Assembly (NCBI RefSeq): GCF_009914755.1
Contig: NC_060941.1
From: the human T2T-CHM13v2.0 reference genome, Homo sapiens
Length of the DNA: 64,000 nt
Direction: 5' to 3' (one strand)
The notes under the pieces were generated by a model, which saw only the letters and a list, made by a program, of their open reading frames with translations, did no database searches and was not told the origin of the DNA. This document shows, one piece after another, positions 28,471 to 42,461 of this stretch. Position numbers and translations under genes: made by a program. How positions within the stretch are numbered: position 1 is the stretch's first letter; each line of letters begins with the position of its first letter.

Positions 28471-29860
28471 CTGAGGACAGATGGTGGAGGCAAGGGTGAA
28501 AGCAGGAGGACCGTGCATATAAGAGGCTCTCAGATACCAGGGCGAGAAAGCATGGTGTGTTAGAACGCAGTGGTGAGAGTGGAAGTGTGAGAGGGATTTG
28601 GGTTCTGCTTATATTTTGACATGAAAGCTGAGGGGTTTCCTGATGGCTGGGACATGGAATATGAGCAGAGGAAGAGTCAAGAGTGACTCTAGATTTTCTT
28701 TGGCCACAGAAATGGAGAAGATGACACGGACTTTATTGCCTTGGGGGAGAGCAGTTATTGGGAAGAGTTTCCTTATGGACAGGTTAAGTGTGGCTGTTTA
28801 CTGGATACTCAAGTAGGAAGTCAATATGTAAGTCCAGAGCTCAGAGGGTTACCTGGGACTGAAGTTATAAACATGGGATTTCTCCAACTTATAGATGAGA
28901 TCACCCAAGGAGTGAGTGTTAATGGAAAAAAGTAAAGGCCCAAGGATGGTCTTGAGGGTGGTCTACAACTGCAGGTCATGTAGATGAGGAAAAGCCAGCA
29001 AAGAGTATGGCAAAGTAGCAACAGATGAAGGAAGAGAACTAGACAAGTATCGTGTCCTGGAGAAAGGGAAGAACATGTTTCAAGAAGGAGAGAGTGATCA
29101 GTGGTGTCAAATGCTGCTGATAGGTCTAATAAAGTGTGGGCTTATTCACCATGGCTTTAATGATGTGGAGAGCATTGATGGCCTTGATCATCAATTTTCG
29201 GTGGGGTGGGGGGCATACAGTGGTCCAGTGGACTTTTGGGTTCAAGAGAGTAGGTACAGAGAAAAATAGGAGACAGTATGGAATGAAAACTTTCTTTCAA
29301 AAAGTTTTCTTACAAAGGGAGGATGAAAATGGGACACTAGCTAGCACGAGGAGTAGGGCCAAAGAGTTTTTAATTTTAAGACGGAAGAAATAACAGCATG
29401 CTTCGCAGTTGATGAGAAAGATTCAATAGTGAGGGGGAAAATGAAGATCCAGGAGGGAGTGGGAGGGGTTCTGGAGTGATGTTCCTGCCAGGGAGAAAGC
29501 GGATGAGGAGAACGTGCAAGGGGAGGGATGAGCTTCTGCTGGGAGCACAGAAGATCAGAGGAGAGGCCGGGTACACAGGAACAGATGCAGGGAGGTGGAT
29601 GGATGTGGTAATGGGAGCAGGGGAGAGCTCTCTTCCAGTGGCTTTGATTTCTCAGAGAGAGAGCAAAGGGACATGGAAGAGGAGTTACCGGTAGTGTGTG
29701 GAGAGTGGGGATTCCAGATAGTCATGGAGGAGAGTGGGAGTGAGAATGAGTGAGGTGAGTGCAGAGGGTTGCCTGGCAGCGTTAAGGACCCATTTGTGGT
29801 GAGAGAGCACGAGCTGGCATTCTGCATTGTAGAATGCAGAATTGCATGAGCTTGCATTTT
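28470..29860 (-). mobile_element. L2 (long, degraded)
   Basis: ggagagagtgatcagtggtgtcaaatgctgctgataggtc and agggagtgagt-type L2 motifs. Confidence 0.65.
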
Positions 29861-30148
29861 GCTTTATGCTACAAGTTTTCATAGGCAAATGCCTCAGCCC
29901 CACTACTAACTTATAGGTCCAAATATACGTCCTTTACTCCACTCTTTGTGCAGGCTGACTCTAAATATTTGACCTCATAAGTAATGCTTCTGGTAACTTT
30001 CAACTTCTCCTTTTCCCAAGGCATAATTAAAATTCCCTTCTAACATTCCCTACTCACCTTTACATAGTAGGTAGGAAAAAAATGCTTTATCCTTAAGCAA
30101 CTTTTTCTTTCACATTTCTCCATACCTCTTTGACCCACCATGGGTGAG

Positions 30149-30528
30149 GATATGATTTGGCTCTGTGTCCCCACCCAAATCTCATCTCGAATTGTAATCC
30201 CCACAGTCTCCACATGTCGAGGGAGGAACCCAGTGGGAGGTGATTGGATCATGGGGGCAGCTTCCCCCATGCTGTTCTTGTGATAGTGAGTGAGTTCTCA
30301 TGAGAGCTGATGGTTTTATAAGGACCTCTTTCTTCTTCGCTCCTCACTCTTCTCTTTCCTGCTGCCTTGTGAAGAAGATGCCTGCTCCCCCTTCGCCTTC
30401 CATCATGATTGAAAGTTTCCTGAGGCTTTCCCAGCCATGCAGAACTGTGAGTCAATTAAACCTCCTTTGTTTAGAAAATATCCAGTCTTGGGTATTTCTT
30501 TATAGCAGTGCAAAAACAGACTAATACA
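30149..30528 (+). mobile_element. THE1-type MaLR solo LTR
   Basis: gatatgatttggctctgtgtccccacccaaatctcatc...gactaataca; TSD Rtgag. Confidence 0.9.
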
Positions 30529-30622
30529 ATGAGCATAAAAGTAATAGTATTATTTTTCCTTTCCTCATACATGTTAGTGGTCACTTATATCCCATCTCAG
30601 TGATTCCTAAAACTTAGCAGCA

Positions 30623-30915
30623 TTTTTTTTTTAAGACACAGTTTTGCTCTTGTCGCCCAGACTGGTGTGCAATGGTGCCATCTTGGCTTATTGCAACCTC
30701 CGCCTCCTGGGTTCAAGCGATTCTCCTGCCTCAGCCTCCTGAGTAGCTGGGATTACAGGTGTCTGCCACCATGCCTGGCTAATTTTTGTATTTTTAATAG
30801 AGATGGGGTTTCACCATGTTGGCCAGGCTGGTCCTGAACTTCTGACATCAGGTAATCGACCCGCCTCAGCCTCCCAAAGTGCTGGGATTACAGGCGTGAG
30901 TCACTGTGCCCGGCC
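30623..30915 (-). mobile_element. Alu (AluS-type)
   Basis: Full antisense dimer. Confidence 0.95.
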
Positions 30916-33106
30916 TGCAGCTTTTAAAAAAATTATTACTGTATTCCACTCACATATACCAAGTTTAAAAGGAATTAAGAAATGGAGTTTATTTAGCATT
31001 TATATGTTTTCCCATTATATTAATTAAAAATTACGTAATTCTCAATCAGCTCTTCTGATCTGTAGCTTTTCTGATAGTTTCAGGATGTTGTAAGTCATTC
31101 ATATGGCCAGAAACAAGTGTGAGGAATGGAGGGACCAGGGACAAAGCTAGAGGAGTGAGCCAGGTTATAAGCACTTTCTAAATAGGGAATTATTCTATAA
31201 GACAGTGGAAAGTCACCAAAAGATTTTAAATCAGGAAAGACACAATAAGATTTCTATGATTGAAGCTCTCTCTAGGAGCAATGTAAAAAATACATTGGCT
31301 GAACCAAGAAAGTGGCAATGAAGATGGAAAGAAACAGATTTGAAAGATATGTAGATCATAGATTGAATAAGACTTAGGGAATCATTTGAGTGAGAGAATG
31401 AGGGTTGAGGACAAGAGAATAGTGTTTGGTGGCATCAGATTTAGGGCAGGAACATAGCGAAGTAAGGTCATAATGGGTTCCAAAGAAGCAGTCTATCACA
31501 GAGAAGAGGCTAGCACCATAGGACACAGGGCATATACATCTGCAGGGAAATGTATAAGCCAGGGCATAAATTCATTTATTCAAATATCAATGCCACTGAC
31601 ATTGATCAGATGCTAGCTATAAGAGAAACCATCCCTTCCTTTGAGAAACTGACTCCTTAGGGAACCAGATGTAAAGAAACAAACATCAATACAGTCTATT
31701 ATAATAAAAGTATAAACAAAGTTCATTTTGGTATATTTTCTTCAGGTCATATTTATTGCACATACAATATTTTCTTAAACAGTTTACTTTGTTGGCTTCT
31801 CTGAAGATCATGCATTCTTTTCCCCCTTTAGGACTGGTCGCAAATTATCAGTCATGCTTTGGATTTGGCTCATGGTCATATTTCTTTGGCTCAGTGTTTT
31901 GAAAATAAGAAGAATTTATTTTCAATATATTAAAACTGAGCTTTTTTTTATATAAATTCAGGTTCCCAGGTCCTCTTGAAAACTGAAAGATCTGGCAATA
32001 ATGTTCCCATATGGCAATTCCTGATTGAAGCTGAATAGTGACTCCCTTAGACCGCCCAATTTCCATGGGTGCTATGAATCATGTGGCCCATCAGGACTCT
32101 CTCTAAGCACCAGCTCTGGGAAGATCAGAGCCAAATCTTCCATAAGTAGTGTGTGTCAGAGCTGTACATGTGTTAAATGTATAGAAAAAAGAATGAAACA
32201 CATATTTAATGTATAGGAAAGAGAATGGAAAGAAATGTGTTAATGTTTTATCAGCAACATCTTAGGTTTGTTTCCCAAAAGCAGACCCTGAGATGAGAAT
32301 TCATGTGCAAGGGATTAACTAGATAAGTGGTTCCTGGAAAAATTAGTCAGGGATCGGGGAAGCAGGACAGGCAAGGGGAGAAGCCAAGAAAGGGTGGCAT
32401 GTCAGTACCATGGAGAGTAGCTTCAGTCTCCTCTCACAGGACAACCCTGGAGTGGGAGGTGCACCTGCCAGGATTTTGTACTCCTTTGAGTATTATCTGC
32501 CCAGTTACTTCCACCTCTCTGCACATTTGCACAAAGCAGCTCTGATAACTAGTGGGCAGTCTTTCAGAATCCCAGATGCTGGGGGTTAGAAGCAAAACCA
32601 CACTGAAGTCTATAGAGGAGCTCCAGAAATGGAAAAAGCGATCCAGGACTCTAAAGAGAGGACCAATGTCCACTACCCAGTGATTATTTCTGAGCAGCAA
32701 GATTACATGTGATTATTATACTTTTTGTTACATTTTTGTAATGTTCATATTTTTTCTATACACTTGAAATATGATTTTGTAACTAGAATAAAGACTAAAA
32801 AGATAAACCATCCCTTGACCATGTATCTTCCTCTAGGCACAACTCTTTCTTCTGTTCTTATTTGCTAAGCTTCCCTTAAAAGAACATTCAAGATAAATTT
32901 AATTTACTGTCTCATTCTAAAAGCAATACATATTTATTGTAGAAAAGAGAAAGTACAGATGAGTAAAAAGTAAAAAATAAAACCCTCGAATCCCACCACA
33001 CAGAGATAACCACTGTAATCACCTTCAAGTATATAGTTCTAGGTGTGTGCGTCAAATAAAAATGAGATAGTACTATAAATACTTGCTTTTAAAAATATTT
33101 AAATAA

Positions 33107-33400
<294 letters not shown>

Positions 33401-34013
33401 TAAATTAACTTTTAAATTTTAGAATAGTTTTATATTTACAGAAAAGTTGGAAAGATAGTACAGAGAGTTTCTGTATGCCTCTCACCCAGTTTAATACATG
33501 CCTTTTTTTCATTTCATTCATTTATTCATTCATCATTCATTTATTCAATTCATTCATTTCATTTCATTTCATTTAAGTTGTCATGCACACTTTCCCATGC
33601 CAATAAATATTCATCTCCACACCATTTTTAATAATGGGTATTCAATTGTAGAGATATAGCATAATCTCATTTTGTTGGATATTTGGAATATTTCTAATTT
33701 TGTACTATTAAAATTTTTTAATTTGTAATTTTTAATATTTTTTGTGTGTGAATTAATTCTCCTGAGAAAATTTTTTACTTTTATAGGTGTTTCTCACCAA
33801 AAGTTTCTAGGGGTAGAATTGCTTGGTCAAATGCAAAAAAAATCCTTAAGGCCCCTAATACCAGTTGATCATTGCCTTCCAGGAGAACATGCTTTGCAGA
33901 ATATGAGAGTTTTCATTTCACCCACTTAAATTTTACTATTCTTTTAATCCCATGGATAACATGAGTCATGTGGCCAATCAGGACTTTCTCTAAGCACCAG
34001 CTGGTATACCAAC

Positions 34014-34373
34014 TGATATCATTTGGCTGTGTCCCTACCCAAATCTCATCCTGAATTGTAGCTCTAATAATTCCCATGAGTTATGGGAGGGACCTGGTGG
34101 GAGATAATTGAATCATGGGGGTGGTTCCCCCATACTGTTCTCATGGTATTGAATGAGTCTCACAAGATCTGTTGGTTTTTTAAGGGGTTTCCCCTTTTGC
34201 TTGGCTCTCATTCTTTCTTGCCTGCCACCATGTAAGATGTGCCTTTCACCTTCTGCCATGATGGTGAGGCCTCCCAGCCACGTGTAACTGTGAATTTATG
34301 AAATCTCTTTTTCCTTATAAATTACCCAGTCTTGGGTATGTCTTTATCAGCAGCATGAGAACAGACTAATACC
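34014..34373 (+). mobile_element. THE1-type MaLR solo LTR
   Basis: tgatatcatttggctgtgtccctacccaaatctcatc...ataattgaatcatgggg...cagcagcatgagaacagactaata. Confidence 0.9.
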
Positions 34374-34802
34374 AGCACTCTGGGTATTATAATTTAAGAA
34401 GTACCATCCCTTTCATCCCACTGCTATGATCTTTGTCTAAATCACGGCCATCTCTGGCAGAGCCCACCTCCTCCTCTCTGGGCTCCCTATCTCTAATCCT
34501 TGCTACCTATTCTGCACAATGCCTCCAGTGTGAGTGTTTAATAACACAGACATGAGCATGCAAGCACCCTGCTTAAGATCCTTCTGTGGTCCCACACTGA
34601 CTTCAGAATGGTGACCAAACTTCCTGGAATGACATCTAAGGTTGTCCCCAAGTGGGTTCCTCCAGGCTTTGCTCTTCCTGTATCCCTCCTACAGGTTTCC
34701 TGCTATTTAGGGGACACACAGCTGCTTGCATTCCCTAAACTCATCATGCTGCTTTCTTTTTCCAGAAGTTTCTCATGCTCTTCTTCCATCCTGCCTGCCT
34801 GA

Positions 34803-35114
<312 letters not shown>

Positions 35115-35723
35115 CTGTGTGACATTATTAAGAAGTGTCTTACCCAGTTTTTTAAGACTCACTTCAAGCATTACCTTCTCTAGGAAGCCTTTACGGACTC
35201 TTTTTCCCTCCTTCCCCAGCCTCCTACCTGGCCTAACGGCTTTCCCTTTTGTGCCTAACTCTGGAGGCCAACTTAGTCAAGGTCGAGTCTCATTCTCCAG
35301 TTAACTGACATTTTAAAAATGTGCCATAGGTCCCTAAGGTGGTAACTAAGGGGAGGACAGGTATCCAGTTATGTGTCTACTGCAATGATCCCGGCAACAA
35401 ACTGTTGTGGATGGGATGAGAGAAGAGGGATTGATTCTGGACATATGAAGGAGATGAAATCACAGGGCTTGGGTGCCCAAGGTGAGAGGAGTGAGAGTGA
35501 GTGAAAGGAAGGCTGTAGGAAGAGTCCTGGTTCCTGTTGGTGATTGACGATGCATAATGGTTTCCTAGCACCATTGTTTTTTGTCTTCCCATCAGATCAC
35601 CAACACCCCAAGATCTTAATTTCCCAAAGCACTAAGCACAGTGTTAAATATTCAATAGGTCCTCAGTGATCCCCTGTGGCTCATACACACCGTGGCTTTA
35701 AATTCAACTCAGAAGTAGCTCCA

Positions 35724-36052
35724 GGGCAGTGCAGTGGCTCATGCCTATAATCCTGGCACTTTGAGAGGCTGGGGTGGGCCAACTGCTTAAGCTCAGGAGT
35801 TTGAGACCAGCCTGGGCAACATAGTGAAACCCCGTCTCTACAAAAATTACAAAAATTAGCCGAGTGTGGTGGCACACACCTGTAGTCCCAGCTACTTGGG
35901 GGGTGAGAGTGGGGATGGGGGCTGAAGTAGGATAATTACTTGAACCTGGGAGGTTGAGGCTGCCACAAGCCATGATTTTGCCACTGCACTCCAGCCTGGG
36001 TGACAGAGTGAGACCTTGTCTCAATTTAAAAAAAAGAAAAGAAAAGAAAAGA
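35724..36052 (+). mobile_element. Alu (AluJ-type) with a small G-rich insertion
   Basis: TSD agaagtagc; extra ggggtgagagtggggatgggg after cagctact. Confidence 0.92.
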
Positions 36053-36289
36053 AGTAGCACCAAACACCATGCTAGGCTCCTCATTGACCTACAGAATTTT
36101 ATGTTGTGCCAATGTCATTGATTTGTAGGGTACACCTAGTAAGTATTAACATGGAGTTAATATGGAGTTGTTAAAAAGCCTAGAAGTTTATAGAATATTT
36201 TAGTGGTGTGGATGGTGCCTCTCCTACTTTTATCTGCCAGGGCATGGGTATTTGAACTTTTCTGACTGCCGTGCATGGTAAGGAATACA

Positions 36290-37300
<1,011 letters not shown>

Positions 37301-37344
37301 AAAGGGGCAGTGAAGACATTTGGTGATCCAATGTACTCATATCT

Positions 37345-37490
37345 GTTTTTTGTTTGTTTGTTTGTTTTCTTTTTGGAGATGAGGTCTCTCTGTGCTGCCC
37401 AGGCTGGTCTCAACTCCTGACCTCAAGCAATCCTCCCCCATCTCCCTCCAGAGTAGCTGGGATTACAAACGTGAGCCACTGTGCCTGGCT
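37345..37490 (-). mobile_element. FLAM/Alu monomer
   Basis: Single antisense Alu arm. Confidence 0.8.
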
Positions 37491-37556
37491 GCATACTCGT
37501 AAGTGAAACAAAAGTTTCGAGAATGCTTATCCTAATATATCAAATGCGCTGATCTT

Positions 37557-37621
37557 TTCCCTTCCCTTCCCTTCCCTTCCCTTCCCTTCCCTTCCCTTCC
37601 CTTCCCTTCCCTTCCTTTCCC
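37557..37621. repeat. (TTCCC)n / (AAGGG)n microsatellite
   Basis: 11 perfect TTCCC units followed by ttcct ttccc. Confidence 0.95.
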
Positions 37622-40002
37622 TTTTCTGCTGTACGAGACCTACTGAACTAATTTGATGACCCCCTCATGAGTCTCAGCCTGTAGTTTGGAGATCACCATT
37701 CCAGAGGGTGGGTGTATTAAGGAGAACTGGGTCTTGATCATAAGCCTAATTTAATAGTCAAACTGCTCCTTGGGAGGCACTGCGAGCCCTGAGGTCAGCT
37801 GGGAGGGTTTCTAGTGGCTCATGGATGCCTCCATTTCATTGCATTTCAAACTGATGCTTCTTGTCAAGGGGCTACTTTATTGGCTTTGCTGACCATTTTG
37901 GCACAAAGCCCAGTAGAAACAATGTCCCCCTTTTCTCTGAATAGTTCTTCGGGTCACCTCAGAGAAGACCAGGGCTCGGAATTGAGGGTGGAGAGAGCAA
38001 TTAGGAAGGAGGAGGAGAAGTGGATGTGGATTTTCAAAGGTCAGGCAGAGTACAATTAGTGAACTCTTAGACTTATTCCAAGTGCCTTTCCTGGCTGGAA
38101 AAACAACAATAAAAGAAAGAAAGAAAAAAAAAAATCCAAACCCACAAGTGGGGTAAAAGTTGAAGAACACTTTAATTCATAAGGAAAAGGGCTTGAATAA
38201 TTGATGCTGCCGCCATGCCAAAGATAATTTCAGCGCTCTCTCTATCTCACAAAGACATTTAGCATTGATTGAGATCAAAGTATCAGGGATCCCTGCTGCT
38301 AGGCTGAAAGGCAAAACTCACAGCGGCCTTTCTCTGCTCTGATAATGTCGTCTTTATGTAGTTAATAAACTGCACACACCAGTCAAACTATATCATTACA
38401 GAAGACTTAGGGAGCTAATAATTTAAAAGCAAAGAATTGCCTCTGTTCTTCACTTTGAACTAAACAACATTCTGTTGAAGGAGGAGGACATCAAAGTCTT
38501 GTCACTATTACCAGTGTGGATTGAGCAGAAGGCCGCACAGAGAGGGCACTTCAGTCATCAAGGAAAAAAAAAAGAGAAAGAAAGAGAAAGATTAAAGATA
38601 TTGGCTTATCAACCCAAAGGCAGTACCAGGTGTTTTATTATTATTTTTTTCAACAATGTAATAAGCATCAGGTGGCTAGCTCATCAGTGAGTGTCCTTGT
38701 TAAGTGGATGTACATGAACCAGGTCACAGACTGTTCCCTTTCCACCTTGGCCCCATTCTGAACTTTGTCCTTAACTACCTTTATGTTCACTTTCAGCTTG
38801 ACCACCCCTCTTGCCACCCCACCCCTGGCCTCCCTTAGCCTCCAGGGGTTCTGTTTTGGTGCCTTCCACGACCTCTCTTTGTGAAGAGCAGTAGAGCTCC
38901 ACATCTCCCACCCCTCAGCATTGGCTTGTCTGTATTTTGCCTCTGAGACTCCACTGGCTTGCTGGAAGAGGTGGAGATGCAACCATTTGAACAGGGGTTT
39001 TCTGAGATCGAAACTCCATTCCACCAGTTTTAAAGAGTGACACTGCATAAAGCACATAAGGCTTCTTCCTGACCATCCTCACACACTGCTCTTGGAAGCA
39101 TTCTTAGAATGGATTCGCTAGAAGCAGGGATTCTCATACAAGTGATTTATGGAGGGAGGCTCTTGGAAGAAAATCCTTTAAGGAAGCGATGGAAACAGGG
39201 TAGGGAAGAGGAAGAAGAGAAGATGTGGCTCAGCTGAAGTCTCATCTTAGCCTGTTCCCAGGGGGAGCTGGAAAGTATGAAAGGCAACACAAGGTGGTCC
39301 CCACTTCTGGCCTTTGTACCCTGTATCAGTCACCTGTTAGCTGCAGCTGCCTCAGGGTAGTAGGCTGACATTCCAGACACTTCCTGCCTCAGTGGCTCCT
39401 GCAACAGGCCAAGGGCAGTTCTCCGGGTAGCAGCCAGGTGGCTTTTGCATCAACACTGACAGCAGCTGGGAGACGGAGGCATCATCCTGTCATAGGGGCT
39501 TTGGGCAGGTCACTATGGAGGGTCAATCCAGTGATTTACCAGAAGACTGTAGAAAATGTTCTTGTCGTTTAATCTAGCCGCTTTGTGTTTAGGTCTTTAT
39601 CCTGAGGATTATATCACGAATTTGTGAGAAGTTTTGTTGTTGTCATCATCAACATAACCACCGTCATCATCCTCTGTTGAGCGTGTATTTGCAGAGCACT
39701 TTACAGATACTGTCTCATTTAATCCTTTCAACCATTCTGTGAGGTTTAGAGAGAGAATTACTCTTGCCTTCGAATGCAGGGCTTGACAGTGGCATGTTCA
39801 GGGGATATTCATTGCAATATAATTTACAGTAATAAAGATTTGGAAAGAATCCATTTCTCCAACACTGGGTGCAGAGAGGTAAATTACTTACCTCTGTAGA
39901 ATGGCATAATGCGTAGACCATAAAAATGCTATAATAATACAGAGGTGAGTCCACAATACACTGCTAAGTGGAAAAATTAGGCCACAAAGCTGCATTATAC
40001 CG

Positions 40003-40028
40003 GTGCGTGCGTGTGTGTGTGTATGTGT

Positions 40029-40042
<14 letters not shown>
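40003..40042. repeat. (GT)n microsatellite
   Basis: Read directly. Confidence 0.95.
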
Positions 40043-40065
<23 letters not shown>

Positions 40066-40629
40066 CAATATGTTTTAAATATTAAGGGATATTTTTGTGT
40101 CCACATTTCCTTTTACCCTTTGTGGAACCTCCTCCCTACCCCCATCCTCTGTATTAAAGTTCAGCTCTTTGGTGCTGTTTGCCTCAGGGAAGGGAAATAA
40201 AATAGTAGGCAGTGGAAAAGTTGGAGGAGTAAGAAGAGGGGGAGGAGCTGGAAGCAAGGCGAGACGACCTGGTCCTGGGATCTAGCATCCATCCATGGAC
40301 CACATCCCCTTGCCCCCCATTTTCTCCCAATCCTATTCCAAGAGGGGAGATTGAACTGGAGATTTTGAATTTCTGCCTGCAGGAATCAAGAATCACAACA
40401 GAAATCAAGCTGAGCTAGAGGAAATAAAGATCTATTTCTTGCCTACATAAAGCTTTGGATGGGGATTTACACCCACTGCTTGTGAACAGGAAAAGAGTAA
40501 AAGGAAATACCACAAAATGATGATTCAGTGGTTATCACTGAGTGATTTGTATTTCCTTCTTGGTGCTTTCCTGTGTGTTTCGTGTTTTTTTTTTTTCAGT
40601 AAAACATTAATTTTGAAGTCAGAAAAAAG

Positions 40630-40913
40630 TTTTTTCAAAAAATTTAGAGAGTACTTTATTAGTTTCTGTGATCAAACTCATGTAGATAAGACTTTACATA
40701 TTTAATACAGTGTGTTACCCTTGTACAAATGGAAAAAAAATAAGTTTAACTTTTCTAGAGCAATATGGTTGTTAATTTCTGTACAATGCCACCTCAACAT
40801 GGTAAACTGGAATATTTTTCCAAAGTGGATAGCACAGCTAAAGTTTCCAAAAATTCAAATTATATGTAGACCAATAATAGCAGTATGTTATGCATTAATA
40901 GCAGCAACAGCTT
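40630..40913 (-). pseudogene. 5'-truncated processed pseudogene fragment (3' UTR only)
   Basis: AATAAA on the minus strand (40655-40660) just before a short A-tail; flanking near-identical 11-bp repeats agaaaaaagtt (40621-40631) and aggaaaaagtt (40914-40924); AU-rich, mRNA-3'-end-like body not recognised as a TE. Confidence 0.75.
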
Positions 40914-40947
40914 AGGAAAAAGTTATATTTAAAATCTTTCTCTTAAA

Positions 40948-41560
40948 GGGAATACTCATACACAGTTGGGAATGTAAATGCATTCAGCTACTGTGGAAAA
41001 CAGTTTGGAGATTTCTCAGAGAACTTAAAACAGAACTACCATTCAACTCAGCAATCCCATTACTGGATATATACCCAAAGGAAAATAAATCGTTTTACCA
41101 GAAAGACACGCACACTCATATGTTCATCACAGCACTATTCATCACAGCAAAGACATGGAGTCAACCCAGATGCCCATCAGCAGTGGATTGGGTAAAGAAA
41201 ATGTGGTACATACACACCACAGAATACTATGTAGCCATAAAAAAGAATGAAATCATGTCCTTTGCAGCAACATGGATGCAGCTGGAGGCCATTATCCTAA
41301 GTGAATTAACACGGGAACAGAAAACCAAATACCACATGTTCTCACTTGTAAGTGGGAGTTAAGCATTGGGTACATATGGACATAAAATAGGAACAATAGA
41401 CACTGGGAACCACTAGATGGGGGAGAGAGGGAGGGAAAAAAGAGCTGAAAAACTACCTATTGTGGACTATGCTCACTAACCTCTGCATCACACAATATAA
41501 CCATGTAACAAATTAGCACATGCTCTGAATCTAAAACAAAGGTTGAAATTATTAAAAAAA
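40948..41560 (+). mobile_element. L1 (L1PB/L1MA-type) 3' end
   Basis: ORF2 C-terminal remnant MFITALFITAKTWSQPRCPSAVDWVKKMWYIHTTEYY...; 3' UTR and A-tail. Confidence 0.92.
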
Positions 41561-41599
41561 AATCTTTCTCCTCCTTCTCCTCCAACAACAAGAAGAAGA

Positions 41600-41840
41600 A
41601 CAACAACAATACCAGCTTATATTTATTAAGGAAGCTTAATATGTCAAGCATGGGGCTGGCCACTTCATATTACCCCATTCATTCCTCCCAACTCCCCTAT
41701 GGGGTAGGTACTATCATTCTTGCATTTTACAGATAGGAAATTTGAGGCTCGGAGAAGTCAAGCAGCTTACCCAAAGTGGCAGAAATGTGGTAATAGTCCA
41801 GGTCTATCTGAATTCAAATCCTATGCCCTTTCCAGCTCTC
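41600..41840 (-). mobile_element. MIR
   Basis: cattttacagataggaaatttgaggctc...cttacccaaag. Confidence 0.75.
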
Positions 41841-42151
41841 TCTATTGTCCATCTGGGGAACTTTTTCTGCTATACGCAAAATTAGCCAAGGCATCTGGGG
41901 ATGGGGTTAGAGACTGCAAGAGAGCCCAGGTGCTGAGCAGTGCTAGCCTTGCCGATAAACAGAAGAGCCCATAAAAAGGGCCAGCATGGGGCCTGGGACA
42001 CAACTCTCTGTATAGTGAAAAAGAAACATTTGCCATGATGAATTATGTTGATGCAATAATGAAAGGATAATTTTTGGAAGAACTGAACTGTTATTAAGAG
42101 ACAAAGGCACATGAATCACATCAACATTGATCTACTTAGTATTACTTCTGA

Positions 42152-42461
<310 letters not shown>

